A stretch of 64,000 bases of DNA from Mustelus asterias (taxonomy: Eukaryota), in the NCBI RefSeq assembly GCF_964213995.1, contig NC_135807.1, positions 50,096,001 to 50,160,000 of the forward strand, read 5' to 3'. Below are positions 1-12,803 of this stretch, piece by piece (the stretch's first letter is position 1; each line of letters opens with the position of its first letter). The notes beneath the pieces were generated by a model. That model was not told the origin of the DNA, did no database searches, and worked only from the letters and a program-made list of their open reading frames with translations. Position numbers and translations under genes: made by a program.

Positions 1-100
1 TCACAAAGCCCAAGGGGAGATCTATAGGTGATACCCCATGGCCTTCGTGGGCCAAAAAACCCTGACAGACACCCATGGAGGCCCTGTTGGGCAACTTCAG

Positions 101-350
101 TGGGGAGGCAGTGGCATAGTATTATCACTGAAAACCCAGGATGATGGAGACCTGGGTTCCAAGCCCATCATTGCAGATAGTGAAATTTGAATTCAATAAA
201 AACCTGGGATTAAAAGTAAATGATGACCACAAAATCATTGTCAATTGTTGCAAAAACCAATCCAGTTCACAAATGTCCTTTAGGGAGGAACATCTAATAT
301 CTGTACCTGGTGAGGCCTGCATGTGACTCCAGTGCCACAGCAATGTGCTC
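101..350 (+). mobile_element. tRNA-derived SINE, 3'-truncated (same family as 18137-18478)
   Basis: Head GGGGAGGCAGTGGCATAGT...GGTTCCAAGCCC (A/B-box-like); body aligns by eye with 18137-18380. Confidence 0.7.
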
Positions 351-359
351 ACTGAGACG

Positions 360-378
360 CACACACACACACACACAC
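360..378. repeat. (CA)n microsatellite
   Basis: cacacacacacacacacac. Confidence 0.9.
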
Positions 379-896
379 CTCAATGGAGCACCCTGCCAGG
401 CTGACACTGGCAGTTTGGTATTGCCAGGATCCAGGGGGCAGTGCTAGGGCTCTGCCTAGGCACATTCCTCTCACACTGTTGGCTATACTTACCTTCGCAC
501 CCCCGCAGGTTCCCCTCTACTGCTTCACATTTTAAAATACCTGTTGTAAATCTCGCCATGACGATGGAGTTCTTTATGTGGGGGGAAATTATGGCAGGGT
601 AGCCCTTTAAGTGTATTTAAATTTATTAAAATGGGTTTCAATAAAGGGCGAGAACCTTGTCACGTCACCGGCGAGGGGCAGGGAAAATCAGAGAATGAAA
701 TCTTGCTGCTGATATTCTCATTCCCGCGGTCTTGCAAGATTTTCAGTGGGTGTTGCCATGAACACTGGCAGGAAATCCCCCCTATGTATAACAGAGGTTC
801 GAGTAGGTAGGTCTCTTCTGAGTACAGAATATTCTATTCTCTCTATCTCAGAGAGTCTAGCACATGACTGCTGATGTTACTGATATATATTACTGA

Positions 897-1488
897 TGAC
901 CTGTCCTAGCCCCCCCTTGCCGACACTAGAAAGCCCACCAATGCCTCTATTTTCTCAGAAGACTAAGGAAATTTGGCATGTCAGCTGCGACTCACCAACT
1001 TTTACAGATGCACCGTAGAAAGCATTCTTTCTGGTTGTATCACAGCTTAGTATGGTTCTTGCTCTGCCCAAGACCGCAAGGAACTACAAAAGGTCGTGAA
1101 TATAGCCCAATCCATCACGCAAACCAGCCTCCCATCCATTGACTCTGTCTACACTTCCCACTGCCTCGGCAAAGCAGCCAGCATTATTAAAGACCCCACT
1201 CACCCCAGACATTCGCTCTTCCACTTTCTTCTGTCGGGGAAAAAACACAAAAGTCTGAAGTCACATATCAACCGACTCAAGAACAGCTTCTTCCCTGCTG
1301 CCATCAGCAGGGAAGACCTACCTTGCATTAAGTTGATCTTTTTCTACACCCTAGCTATGACTGTAACACTACATTCTGCACTCATTTGTTTCCTTCTCTA
1401 TGAATGGTATGCTTTGTCTGTATAAGCACAAGAAACAATATTTTTCACTGTACACTAATAAATGTGACAATAATAAATCAAATCAAAT
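897..1488 (+). mobile_element. Rex1/Babar-like non-LTR retrotransposon, 3' fragment
   Basis: ORF 1096-1425 (AQSITQTSLPSIDSVYTSHCLGKAASIIKDPTHP...RLKNSFFPAAI) is typical of the Rex1 C-terminus; ends TGTGACAATAATAAATCAAATCAAAT. Confidence 0.85.
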
Positions 1489-1564
1489 ATCATGGTCTAT
1501 GTCACTCATTGGAACATCTATTCTAGTAACTCACTGAACTACAAATTCCACATAATCACCATCA

Positions 1565-1815
1565 CTGGTATGCCTCTGACCAGAATCCCAAAGTAACTGC
1601 CCAATTGCCCTATTCAGATTCCAACATCCGCAGTAATTTGCTTTTGCCCTACTTGGAACTTGGTTACAGCAGGAAGACATAGGAAATTCTTTTGAGATGT
1701 CCTCAAAGTATCTCTGAAGAGGTCAAACAGCCTTACTGGTTCACAGGAGTCCCTCGCTTATGATTGACCAAAGTGAAAAAGTTTCAATCGGGAAGGCACC
1801 GAACGCTCAGAGGCG
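1565..1815 (+). mobile_element. Degenerate RTE (BovB-like) LINE C-terminal fragment
   Basis: Broken frames read ..DVLKVSLKRSN..ESLAYD..REGTE, resembling the RTE ORF end. Confidence 0.45.
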
Positions 1816-2779
1816 AAGTCGAGCTGTCAGACCTGGTGGTGATAATTCTGCTTCTGTAATGGGGGTCAGTGGGAGATTTTGGGGTTGCAAGAAATGAAAG
1901 GGCTGCAAAATATTGTGTGAAAATTGAAGGCGAACTTGGCAGGGAAATTCTGTTGCTGCTCGGGCTCTACTTGGGAGAAGATGTGTGGTGTTGTTGAAGT
2001 AAGCTTGATGAGTTGTTGCAATGCGGCCGGCAGATACTTACAACCACAATGTTTAGCTAATGATTGCTGATTCTGGGAATAACAATCTGCTCGGAAAAAA
2101 CAGCACCTGCATTGAGTTTGATTTTTTAAAATACAAATTTGCAGTGCTTGAACAACAACTCATCGAAATGTGATAATGTGGAAAATTGCTGCAATTGTTA
2201 CTGGGTGTTGTATTACATTGAAGTGATGGAGTTAGAGTAGGCGACACAATTATCTGTCTCTGTGGTTTAATTTTTTATTTTTACTTGAGTTAGGTTTCAT
2301 GACGGTGAGGCTTCCTTTTTGGCTTTCCCCATTATTCAACTCCCAGTGGAAACTGGCCTACATGCCTTAGGAAACTGCTGGTCAAGGTAGCAAATTAACA
2401 TAACGTGATCTAATTCATCATTGCAAGAGCTTACACAATGCCCATGATTAATGAACTGGCAAGGAAACATATAAAATCATGGCCAGGATCTTCCATGATG
2501 CAGCATGGATTTCCACTCCGCTCGCATTTTTCCACACCTTGACTCTGCTCCATATTTATTGCTGGGTCTTCGGAGCCCAGTTTTTCCAGAAATGTGGAGT
2601 GCAGCATCCTACAGAGAACTCCATCGCTGATAGGGGGTGTTGGGGGCAGGGGGTGTGGGGGGTGGGGGGGTGCGGTGGCATGGGGGAAATAGAACACATC
2701 CTTTCTACGGCACTAGCTGTCGTATAGCAAGTTTTAAGTATCCAGTATAAATGTTAGTGCATGGGTAGTCTATGGGCCA

Positions 2780-5258
2780 TCAGATAATGACATCACGGTG
2801 GGGCGAGAAATAAACAAAGAAATAACTGATGCATGTAAAACTGGTACAGCAATTATCATGGGGGATTTTAATCTACATATCAATTGGTCAAACTAGGTTG
2901 GTCAAGGCAGCCTTGAGATCATAGAATGTATCCACAATAGGCTTCCTTGAATAGTTTGTAAAGGAACCTACGAGGGAGCAAGCTATCCTAGATCTGGTCC
3001 TGTGTAATGAGACAAGAATAATTAATGATCTTACAGTTAGGAATCCTCTCGGAAGAAGCGATCACAGTATTGTTGAATTTAAAATAAAGATGGAGCGTGA
3101 GAATGTAAAATCCAATACAGTGTCTTGCGCTTAAACTAAGGAGACTACAATGGGATGAGGGACGAGTTGGCGAAGGTAGACTGGGAGCAAAAAGTTTATG
3201 GTGGAACAATTGAGGAACAGTGGAGGACTTTCAAAATGATTTTTCACAGTGTCAGCAAAAATATATATCAGTGAAAAGGAAGGACTGTAGAAAAAGAGAT
3301 AATCAACCATGGATATCTGAGGAAATAAAGGAGGGTATCAAATTGAAAGAAAATGCATTCAAAGTGGCAAAGATTAGTGGGAAACGAGAGGATTGGGAAA
3401 TCTTTAAAGATCAACAGAAAGCCACAAAATAAGCTATAAAGAAAAATAAGATGGATTATGAGAGTAAACTAGCTCAGAATATAAAAACAGATAGTAAAAG
3501 TTTCTACAAATATATAAAACGAAAAAGAGTGGCTAAAGTAAACATTGGTCCTTTAGAGGATCAGAAGGGGGATGTAATAACTGGAAATGAGGAAATGGCT
3601 GAGACATTGAACAGGGTATTTTGTGTCAGGCTTCACAGTGGAAGACACAAATAACATGCCAAAAATTGATGACAAGGCGGCTATGGCAGGTGAGGACCGA
3701 GAAACTATCATTATCACTAAAGAGGTACTGTTGGGCAAGCTAATGGGGCTGATGGAATACATCCCAGGGTATTAAAAGAGATGGTGGGAGAAATAGCAAA
3801 TGCACTAGTGGTAATTTACCAAAATTCGCTGGACTCTGGGATGGTTCCTCCAGATTGGAAAACAGCAAATGTGACACCACTGTTTCAAAAAGGAGGTAGA
3901 TAAAAGGCAGGTAACTATAGGCCGGTTAGCTTAACTTCTGTAGAAGGGAAAATGCTTGAATCTATCATCAAGGAAGAAATAGCGAGACATCTGGACATAA
4001 ATTGTCCCACTGGGGAAGATGCAGGATGGGTTCATGAAGGGCAGGTCATGTTTGACTAATTTGGTGGAATTCTTTGAGAACATTACTTGCACAGTGGACA
4101 ATGGGGAACTTGGGGATGTGGTGTATCTGGATTTCCAGAAGGCATTTGACAAGGTGCTGTACCAAAGGCATAAGATAAAGGTGCATGGTGTTACGGGTAA
4201 TGTATTAGCATGGATAGAGGATTGGTTAACTAACAGAAAGCAAAGAGTGGGGTAAATGGGTGTTTTTCTGGTTGGCGATCAGTGACTAGTGGTGTGCCTC
4301 AGGGATCAGTGTCGGGACCTCAATTGTTTATGATTTACAAAGATGATTTGGAGTTGGGGACCAAGTGTAGTGTGTCAAAATTCGCAGATGACACTAAGAT
4401 GAGTGGCAGCGCAAAGTGTGCAGAGCATGCTGAAAGTCTGCAAAGGGATATAGATAGTCTAAGTGAATGGACAAGGATCTGGCAGATGGAGTACAATGTT
4501 GGTAAATGTGAGGTCATCCATTTTAGGAGGAATAACAGCAAAATATACTATTATTTAAATGGTAAAAAATTTGCAGCGTGCTGCTGTGCAGAGGGACTTG
4601 GGTGTCTTGTGCATGAATCACAAAGAGTTGGTTTGCAGGTGCAGCAGGTAATTAAGAAGGCAAATGGAATTTTGTCCTTCATTGCTAGAGGGATGGAATT
4701 TAAAAACAGCGAGGTTATGTTGCAGCTGTATAAGGTGCTGATGAGGCCACACCTGGAGTGTTTTGGTCTCCTTACTTGAGAAAGGATATACTGGCACTGG
4801 AGGGGGTACAGAGGAGATTCACTAGGTTGATTCCAGAGTTGAGAGGGTTGGATTATGAGGAGAGACAGAGTAGACTGGGGCTATACTCATTGGAATTCAG
4901 AAGAATGAGGGGAGATCTTATAGAAACATATAAGATTATGAAGGGAATAGATAAGATAGAAGCAGGGAAGTTGTTTCCACTGGCAGGTGAAACTAGAACT
5001 AGGGGGCATGGCCTCAAAATAAGGGGAAGCAGATTTAGGACTAAGTTGAGGAGAAACTTCTTCACACAAAGGGTGCCCAGTGAAGCAGTTGAAGCTACCT
5101 CATTGAATGTTTTTAAGGCAAAGGTAATTTTTTGAACAATAAAGGAATTAAGGGTTATGGTGAGCAGCTGGGTAAGTGGAACTGAGTTCACAAAAAGATC
5201 AGCCATGATCTTATTGAATGGCGGAACAGCCTCAAGGGGCCAGATGGCCTAGTTCTTG
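2780..5258 (+). mobile_element. CR1 (HER1-like) LINE, 5'-truncated and disabled ORF2 (endonuclease C-terminus to 3' UTR)
   Basis: IIMGDFN, YRPVSLTS, DVVYLDFQKAFDKV, SGVPQGS, KFADDTK, RGDLIETYKI motifs across ORFs 3220-5135, with stops and frameshifts. Confidence 0.95.
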
Positions 5259-5524
5259 TGTATGGTGATAGGGTGCAAGTGTGTGTGAGGCAAGAGGGTA
5301 AGTGGATAGAGTGGCAGTTGGATGCTGTGGTAGGTGTGTAGGGCAGAAGTGGGTGAGGTGGTCGGAAGGTGGGGTGTTAGGTGGGTGGGGTGGGCAAGGG
5401 GTGAGGTGGGTAAATGGCTGGTGAGGGATCGGCAGCGCTGGCTTGGTGGTGGTGGTAGTCTTCTCTGGTTGGAAGATAGCCAGGTGGTCAGAGGATAGCA
5501 TCATTAATGTAGTTACATAAAAGT

Positions 5525-5706
5525 TCACAGAAACCCTACAGTGCAGAAGGAGGCCATTCGGCCCATCGAGTCTGCACCGACCACAATCCCACCCAGGCCC
5601 TACCCCCACATAGTTACCCACTAATCCCTCTAATCTATCCATCTCAGGACTCTAAGGGGCAATTTTATTTTTAACCTGGCCAATCAACCTAACCCGCACA
5701 TCTTTG
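5525..5706 (-). mobile_element. HE1-type V-SINE, 3' half (CR1-type tail)
   Basis: Near-identical to 19057-19240. Confidence 0.85.
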
Positions 5707-6139
5707 TCCTTCATTGCTAGAGGGATGGAATTTAAAAACAGCGAGGTTATGTTGCAGCTGTATAAGGTGCGAATAAGTTGAACAAGGTTTTAATCTAACA
5801 TTTTCTGGGCAACTATTCAGCCTATTACCATGGAACTGTATAATGCATTGTTGGAGATATTTGCAGAGGGTCCCAATGAGTAGGGGAATTGCCCATCAGA
5901 AGTTCAACTTTTCCGGCAATTCCCATAGAGGTCAGGGTCCTGACACATACCGTGGGTTGAGTGCTCAGTGTCTGACAATCCAGAGACTGGGAGATCTGGA
6001 CTCATGTTTACAGATCAGCAGCAATGGTGATGAAAACAGGGTTTAGAGGAGGAAAGTTTATGTTGCTTTTTTTCCAAGCTAGATTAAGTAGACCGGATGA
6101 AAGTCACAATAAAATTGGCTTTAAAAACCTCTATCTTAA

Positions 6140-6376
6140 TGATGCACTATCAATCAAGCAAAGACTAGTTTGTATGCAAGAACAAATAGGCTTTTATTAG
6201 CAAAAGACTTGGAGCACACCCAGGCCGATGAACTGGTCCAGAGACTGAGGCAGGGGGTGGGGAGCAGTCACCTTTATACCTGGACCAGGGGGGGAGGAGT
6301 CCCAGGCAGGGCCGGCAGGGGCATGTCCAGGCATGTCACACACACACAGGCAATAAGCTAACAGTGGTTTACCACA
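6140..6376 (-). mobile_element. Solo LTR (237 bp), probably Ty3/Gypsy
   Basis: Minus strand runs TGTGGTAAAC...GTGCATCA (TG..CA) with GTATAAA then AATAAA inside; flanks cttaa/tttaa (5-bp TSD, 1 mismatch). Confidence 0.75.
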
Positions 6377-6685
6377 TTTAACAAATCCATTTGTCTCTGT
6401 GCCAGAGGAGTGACTGGTACATGAAGCTAAACCAATGCATCCATGTTTTCAGGAAGACTTGGCTGGCCGTAGTTGGTACTACAACTAATTGGGTCAAGGT
6501 TGCTTGACAGGATTGTCTATGAATGCAAGCTCAGATAAATTTTGGTTGTCTGTTGTTCATCATCCATCTCCTATAACAAGGACACATGGTTGAGAGTTCC
6601 CTGGATTTCCCTGGTAAATTCAATCTTCACAGTTTCTGCTGGTCTCTGCAAGGTGAGTATATTGAGGCCTGTAAAAGGCACTTAC

Positions 6686-6721
6686 CCAAGTGGAGCAAGA
6701 CCGTTCGAATTTCTGTGCCAT
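6686..6721 (-). CDS. Candidate short first coding exon (MAQKFERSCSTW), gene unidentified
   Basis: gataATGG Kozak, in-frame TAG 5 codons upstream, TGG|GTAAGTG consensus donor; no homology recognised. Confidence 0.25.
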
Positions 6722-8058
6722 TATCTCTAATGACTAATCTATCAAGGGGTATACCCAAGAGGAAGGCAATTAATGTTTCAACATCAACACTCATGGCATA
6801 AAGGTTTATTTTGACAAGGATACTGTTCCAGCTGTTTATTCTCATGAAGCTGCGTGGGAATTTGATATTGCCCACAAACGAGCATTGCTACAAGCAGTTT
6901 ACGAAAGGTATTTCAGCCTAAAATCTTGCAGACCATCAAACAGCATTAGAAGCCTGTTCAATGCAGGATTATTTAAGCCCTTGTCAGCTGACTTATCATC
7001 TTTCACAAAGTATTTGGACTGTCATCAAAATTGCCTGCTTGTTTATTACTGCTTGCAAATAAATCTATTGTTTGCAGCCGGAATGTTAATAAGCTGACAG
7101 TGTAACTTAATGCCTTTTGGAGCAAACTGAGAAACGTGGCAGACCGCCTGACCTTTGCAATCTGCAATGTGCCTTAGTTAAAATGGTAAAAGTTAATCCA
7201 ATGACATACTATCCGACTTCACTACTTGCCGAAAAGGTACAGATTTCTGTTTGCAGGAGATATAGCCTTTTTTATGTGAACACAAGTTATGAGAAATGCT
7301 GAACTGTAACAATAAATATCTGCCACCTGTCAACAATCAAACAGTGCATCACTGTCTCTGCATTTTCTTGCAGAGCTCTTCAATCTCTCTTTGATTCCCA
7401 GTCTCTATCCTGTCTTCCTTTTCACCATGTTCTGTCAGCTCTGCAGTGTACCTGGCACCCACGTTCACTTTGTACTCTCATCAATCCTTTCTTTCCCCAG
7501 TCACGAGTTACCCTAAAGCCCCTAAAATTTACTGCACAGCACATACCTTGTCATTGCCACTACAATCAATTCTCTAAAGTATTTTCAACTTGCTATGACT
7601 GTTTTTGTCCCTCCCCCAAGGTTCTCAACAACCTGCTTTTTTCACTGATGGGAGGGACAGAGCAGACAGGTCTCTGGACTTTACTGTTTTAGCAGACCGC
7701 AGCTTAAACATGTTGAGGGCAGAAAATTGGCTCCTGTGTGCCAAGCCAGCTAAATCTAGCTATGTATGTTTTTACATCAAGAATGTTAATGCAAAGGGCT
7801 GGTTCCTTTGGAACTGTAGTCTGGCATCAGTCACTGTGTTTGGGAATTGAAGGGAAAACGGGAGGAGTTGGAAAAACAAAAGATATTAAACTGAAAAAAA
7901 TCACTGATACGTATCAACAAATTTGATATGTGCAAATCGTAGGAAGAAGGGCCAATGGGAGGCACAACTATTTCAGAGACCAACAAAGAAACAGTTGTTC
8001 TTGAAGAATGCATACTTTAGGAAAATGCTAGAGAATTGCACATTCCTCTAGCATGGTC

Positions 8059-8274
8059 TGGAATGGGGGGGTGGGGGTAAGTTAATAGGTTGTAATGAAC
8101 AAAGCATCGTAGCTGTGAGGGACAGCTCGGTGGATAGGATATTGGTATGTAGATAGGCTGGAAAATTGGGGGGGGGATCCTGGATTCAGGATTCAATCCT
8201 GGACCGGGGAGCGGCGCGGGCTTGGAGGGCCGAAGGGCCTGTTCCTGTGCTGTATTGTTCTTTGTTCTTTGTTC
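8059..8274 (+). mobile_element. CR1 LINE 3' UTR fragment
   Basis: GGGCCGAAGGGCCTGTTCCTGTGCTGTA plus (TTGTTCT)n tail, as at 29120-29177 and 50030-50077. Confidence 0.8.
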
Positions 8275-8324
8275 CATTACTATATCACTTTCTTCAGGAA
8301 ATAAAGAGAGAAAAAAATAATCTA

Positions 8325-8615
8325 ATTAAAGTTAAAGTTTATTCATTAATCACAAGTCGGCTTACATTCACAATGCAATGAAGTTGCTATGAAATTCCCC
8401 AGTTGCCACACTCCGACACCTGTTCGGGTACACTGAGGGAGAATTTAACATGGCCAATTCACCTAACCCGCACATCTTTGGACTGCGGAAGGAAACCGGA
8501 GCACCCGGAGGAAAGCCACGCAGGCACGGGGAGAATGTGCAAACTCCACACAGACAGTGACCCAAGCTGGGAATCGAACCCAGGTCCCTAACGTTGTGAG
8601 TAGCAGTGCTAACCG
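8325..8615 (-). mobile_element. V-SINE with alternative (Rex1-like) tail
   Basis: HE1 head and V core, tail ...GAACAGGTGTCGGAGTGTGGCAAC...CTTGTGATTAATGAATAAACTTT. Confidence 0.85.
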
Positions 8616-8932
8616 CCCCGGTGGTTAGCACTGCTGCCTCAATCTAATGTTGTCTGTGTACAAACCAGAACTCTTATTTTAATCTTTGCTTTCATAACAT
8701 TTCCCTCCTGCTCCTCACTAAAAGATACAGGCTACTTCTGTAGGTCATTCTTCAACTCAACCTCGGGAGTAAGTACCCACAAACTATTTGACTACATGGA
8801 GCATCATGGTTCATTCCAGTGCTGGCCTCACCTGCCATCCTACATGTGAAAATTTCAACAGAAGTTACGAGATAGCAATGAAGAATGGAAACTCTAGCTG
8901 GTTTCCCCTCACCCAGAGGTACTGAAACAATA

Positions 8933-9232
8933 GGGTGGCACGGTGGCACAGTGGTTAGCACTGCTGCCACACTGGGCCAGGGACCCAGGTTTGATTCTGG
9001 CTTTGGGTGACTGTGTGGAGTTTGCACATTCTCCCGGTGTATGCATGGGTTTCCTCCCACCCGCCAAAGATGTGTAGGTTAGGTGGATTGGCCATGCAAA
9101 ATTGCCTCTTAGTGTCAGGGGGATTAGCAGAGTAAATATGTGAGATTACGGGGATAGGGCCTGGGTGGGATTATTGTTGGTGCAGTCTCGATGGGCCGAA
9201 TGGCTGCCTTCTGCACTGTAGGGATTCTATGA
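8933..9232 (+). mobile_element. HE1-type V-SINE (CR1 tail), near full length
   Basis: GGCACGGTGGCACAGTGGTTAGCAC head; ends GGGCCGAATGG...GGATTCTATGA. Confidence 0.9.
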
Positions 9233-9939
9233 AATTATAGCTATTGCTATGCCATCCTGCCAAGATCACCTAACACAATACGGGCAAGGAATCAAACCCG
9301 GGTTCTTGCTGTTCTACATGGGAGAGTTATTAACCAATCCATCAACAACACTGTCAGAAATTTATTTAACCATGGAAATTCCTTGCTCTTTCTAGCTGAA
9401 TGCATGAAATAAAGTAAACAAATGATGCAATCTACGAAATTAGATATCGGTTTCAGATATGTGTACAGAATTTCACTACCATTGAAGCTAATTAGCACCT
9501 TGAAAAACTGAATCACTGAATAAGAGTGGCTATTATAAAAATCAGTGATGAAGCAGCTGTGGCATGTCGAGCTGGAGTGCTCAGCCTAAACAGTGCATAG
9601 TGATTGAAATGCCAGAGATTTCTCATTGCAATAGGCACAATTCTGCAGTTAAAATTCTGGTCCACACCCTGCTACTACATAAATACATGTCACTGCACCT
9701 CAGTCTGCATATCCAGGTTCAAGAATTTCTGTCTTGTTTGAGTTTTCTGGGTTACTAATTGTCCTTACCAATCACTTACTAACTAACCAGTTACTAACCA
9801 AATATTACCACTGATTAGATATGTAAGTAGTAAGACAGCAGCTACAGGTACAGTCTGTATCATACCTAGAAATTTTGAAATATCAAAATTTTATTAGCTG
9901 ATAAAGCAGCGCCGCAGCTTCTGGAAGAAATATTCAAAG

Positions 9940-10565
9940 TGTAAGAACATCAAACACACAGAAGCAGGAGGCAGTGCGTCAAGTCTGCTCCACATTCAAT
10001 AAGATGTTGGCTATCTTCTATCTCCAAGTCACTTTTCTGTCCTATCATCATATCCCTTGGGTGTGATTTTACAGCATTTCCTGCCAATGGATTTTCCAGT
10101 TCTGTCGAAGGTGACGCCCCCCCCCTCCCGGCCCCCCCCCCCCCCCCACTCCCCGCTTCCCCCGGCAAGTTACCTGGCAGCAAGGTCAGAGAGCAAAGCA
10201 AATTGCTGCTATGGTCCTGCCAGCGACCAATGGTGAGCTGTGTCTGCCACACACTGGGGCGTTGGGGGATTTAGAGATGGAAAGTGCCAGCCAATGATAC
10301 ACATTGTATCAAAAAAAAATCTATTGATATCTGTCTCTAATATATTTAATGACTGAGCATCCATCACCCTCTGGGGTAGAGAATTCCAAACAATTACAAC
10401 CATGTGAGCGAAGAAATTTCTCTTCATCTCAGTTCAAAATGGTCAACCCCTTACTTTGGGACTACGACTCCCTAGTTCTGCATGCTTCAACTAGCATCCT
10501 GGCATCAAGCCTGACAGTCACCTCAAAAACTGATATATTCCAATGGGATTATCTCTCAGTCTTCA
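9940..10565 (-). mobile_element. Old CR1 3' fragment interrupted by a MITE-like element (about 10058-10293)
   Basis: ORF 10209-10427 MKRNFF..VWNSLPQRVMDAQSLNI; GC-rich insert starts GGGTGTGATTT and ends AAAGTGCCAGCC. Confidence 0.7.
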
Positions 10566-10642
10566 TAGGAAAATCCTCTCAACACAGGAATGCAGTCTCA
10601 TGAATAATATATGTATATATCTATATATATATATCTTATTAT

Positions 10643-10994
10643 GGGTGGCATGGTGGCACAGTGGTTCGCACCGCTGCCTCACAGCTCCAGGGACCTAAGT
10701 TTGATTCCCGGCTTGGGTCACTGTTTGTGTGGAGTTTGCATGTTCTCCCCGTGTCTGCGTGGGTTTCCTCCGGGTGCTCCGGTTTCCTCCCACAGTCCAA
10801 AGATGTGCGAGTTAGGTTGATTGGCCATGCTAAAGTGCCCCTTAGTGTCCTGGGATGCATAGGTTAGAGGGATTAGTGGGGTAAATATGTGGGGTTACGG
10901 AGATCGGGCCTGGGTAGGATTCATGTTGATGCAGACTCAATGGGCCGAATGGCCTCCTTCTGCACTGTAGGGATTCTATGATTTTATTCTATGA
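10643..10994 (+). mobile_element. HE1-type V-SINE (CR1 tail), full length
   Basis: tRNA head, GGGTTTCCTCCGGGTGCTCCGGTTTCCTCCCAC V-domain, TTCTATGA tail repeats. Confidence 0.92.
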
Positions 10995-12803
10995 TATATT
11001 TGTCTAAAAAATAACTTTAAATGTTGAGGACTATCCATGATGCTTCAGGCATCACAAATACAAATTTCTGTTGCTCATTTAAAAACAAAACCTGTAAAGT
11101 TAGTCATTTCTGCTTTCTCACCTTGTACTTGAACCAGGGATTCTATAAGCACTACAAATTTATAAAAGTACTTTGGCCTGAATTTTTGTAAAGATGGAGA
11201 GACCCCCCCGCAACATCACGAAAATTGCTGCACAGACTCAGATCCAGCTGTCTCACCCCCGAATATGGTGCCTACCCATTGTTGCAGATGGGGGAATGGG
11301 AGCGGATTGTAAGTTGCACACGTGTAGCTCACGGAGGCAGTTACCCAATAAAATAGTAGTTTCCTCCAGTCATGTCGGATTTTCATTCGCAAGAAGTGGA
11401 AAACACGACATGTACAGATTAGACCTTGGAGCAACATATCTAAATTTTGTAGAGTTGCTTGGATCGGTAGGGTCCAATTTTGGAGAGGCAAGGTCCCTTT
11501 TGGATAGGATGCCGGGTTACCCTTGGGAGAGATCAGTTGCCCTTTAGGAGAAGATGTCCTTTGGAAGATTTAAGGAGCTTTTTGGAATTTAAAAAGTAGA
11601 CATGAATGTGCATAAAAGGTGTATAAAGTCACGAGAGCTGTCAAATTCTTTGGAATTGTCAAGCTCAAATGATCTGTCAAAGGGATCTGTTAAACTGCCA
11701 AGGCATTTAAAATTTCTGCCCTTTAAACATTTGAAAAAAGAAACTCTGCAGTGTTTAACAAAATACATGCTACTTCTCTCTGTCTGTTCAGAAAAACCTG
11801 AATGTTATTATTACTGGATTGGTGCTGCATGATTGGTTTCAAAACCTGTCCATTATCACAGCCTCTGTTTGAGTAACAGCTCCAAGTGGTTATAGACTCT
11901 CTGAAGGGGGTTTACGAGTTTGTTTTTCTAAGTGATTAAAGGAAATTAAATGTAGCGAATTTGTTTTTATCAGAGTCTTTTTTGTAATAGTGAATTCTTC
12001 AATTGATACTTAATCATTTTATTTTATCTCATCTCAGCATGGATTGAGATCTGCTCATAGTGCATACTGGGTGAGGTAGCATGACAGGTATAAGTGGAAA
12101 GGGTGGTGGTTTGGGGAGCATTAATTGGCATAGAGCCAAACAAGGCCTTGGGGGATTGGTGGGGGCATGAGTTAGCATGGGTGGGATATAGGTAGAACGT
12201 GGGTGATAAGAGGTACACCGAAGCAGGCCTAATGTGCCTCCATGCTGGACCAGCTTCTGCACTCATTCCTGGGTCACTTGCCATAACTCCCATTCACACC
12301 CACCTCCGTGGACTGAAAATCTGACATTCCAGGGCATTTTCTCTTAGGTTGGATTTGCAGAGCTAGTAATCGTTCTAAGTCCAAGGCAGGAATGAAATTT
12401 CAGGCTTGTACTCCAATTTACCGAGGATATGTTCAGCTGGAATTGTGCTTTAATTGATTCAGGTTGTACCACAGTCAGACCTTGTGCCCTGACAGGGATA
12501 AAGCCTTTAGTGGCAAAAAAATACATTCATTACAAAGTGCATTGCTTCTCTCCTTACAGAATTGACACAACAAAAAAAAAATTCCATGAGTGATGGGGAG
12601 ATCTGCTTTAAAATCTACACATTTCTTGCTGCTTCTATTGTCCTGGATATCGTAATCCAATCGGTGGAGCCCCTGTGGCATTGTCTTGGGAGAAATGTTT
12701 TATAATAATGGTGTCATAAAGAAAGGGTAATGGACACTGTTGCAGAAAGTAAAGGTGACACTTGCGGGAAGTGTTTCTATATGCAAAACACTCATATATT
12801 ATG

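Noticed and set aside
8700-9330. Ancient LF-SINE-like remnant flanking the HE1 copy (also about 29910-30060)
   Set aside because: Too degraded to assign or bound by eye.
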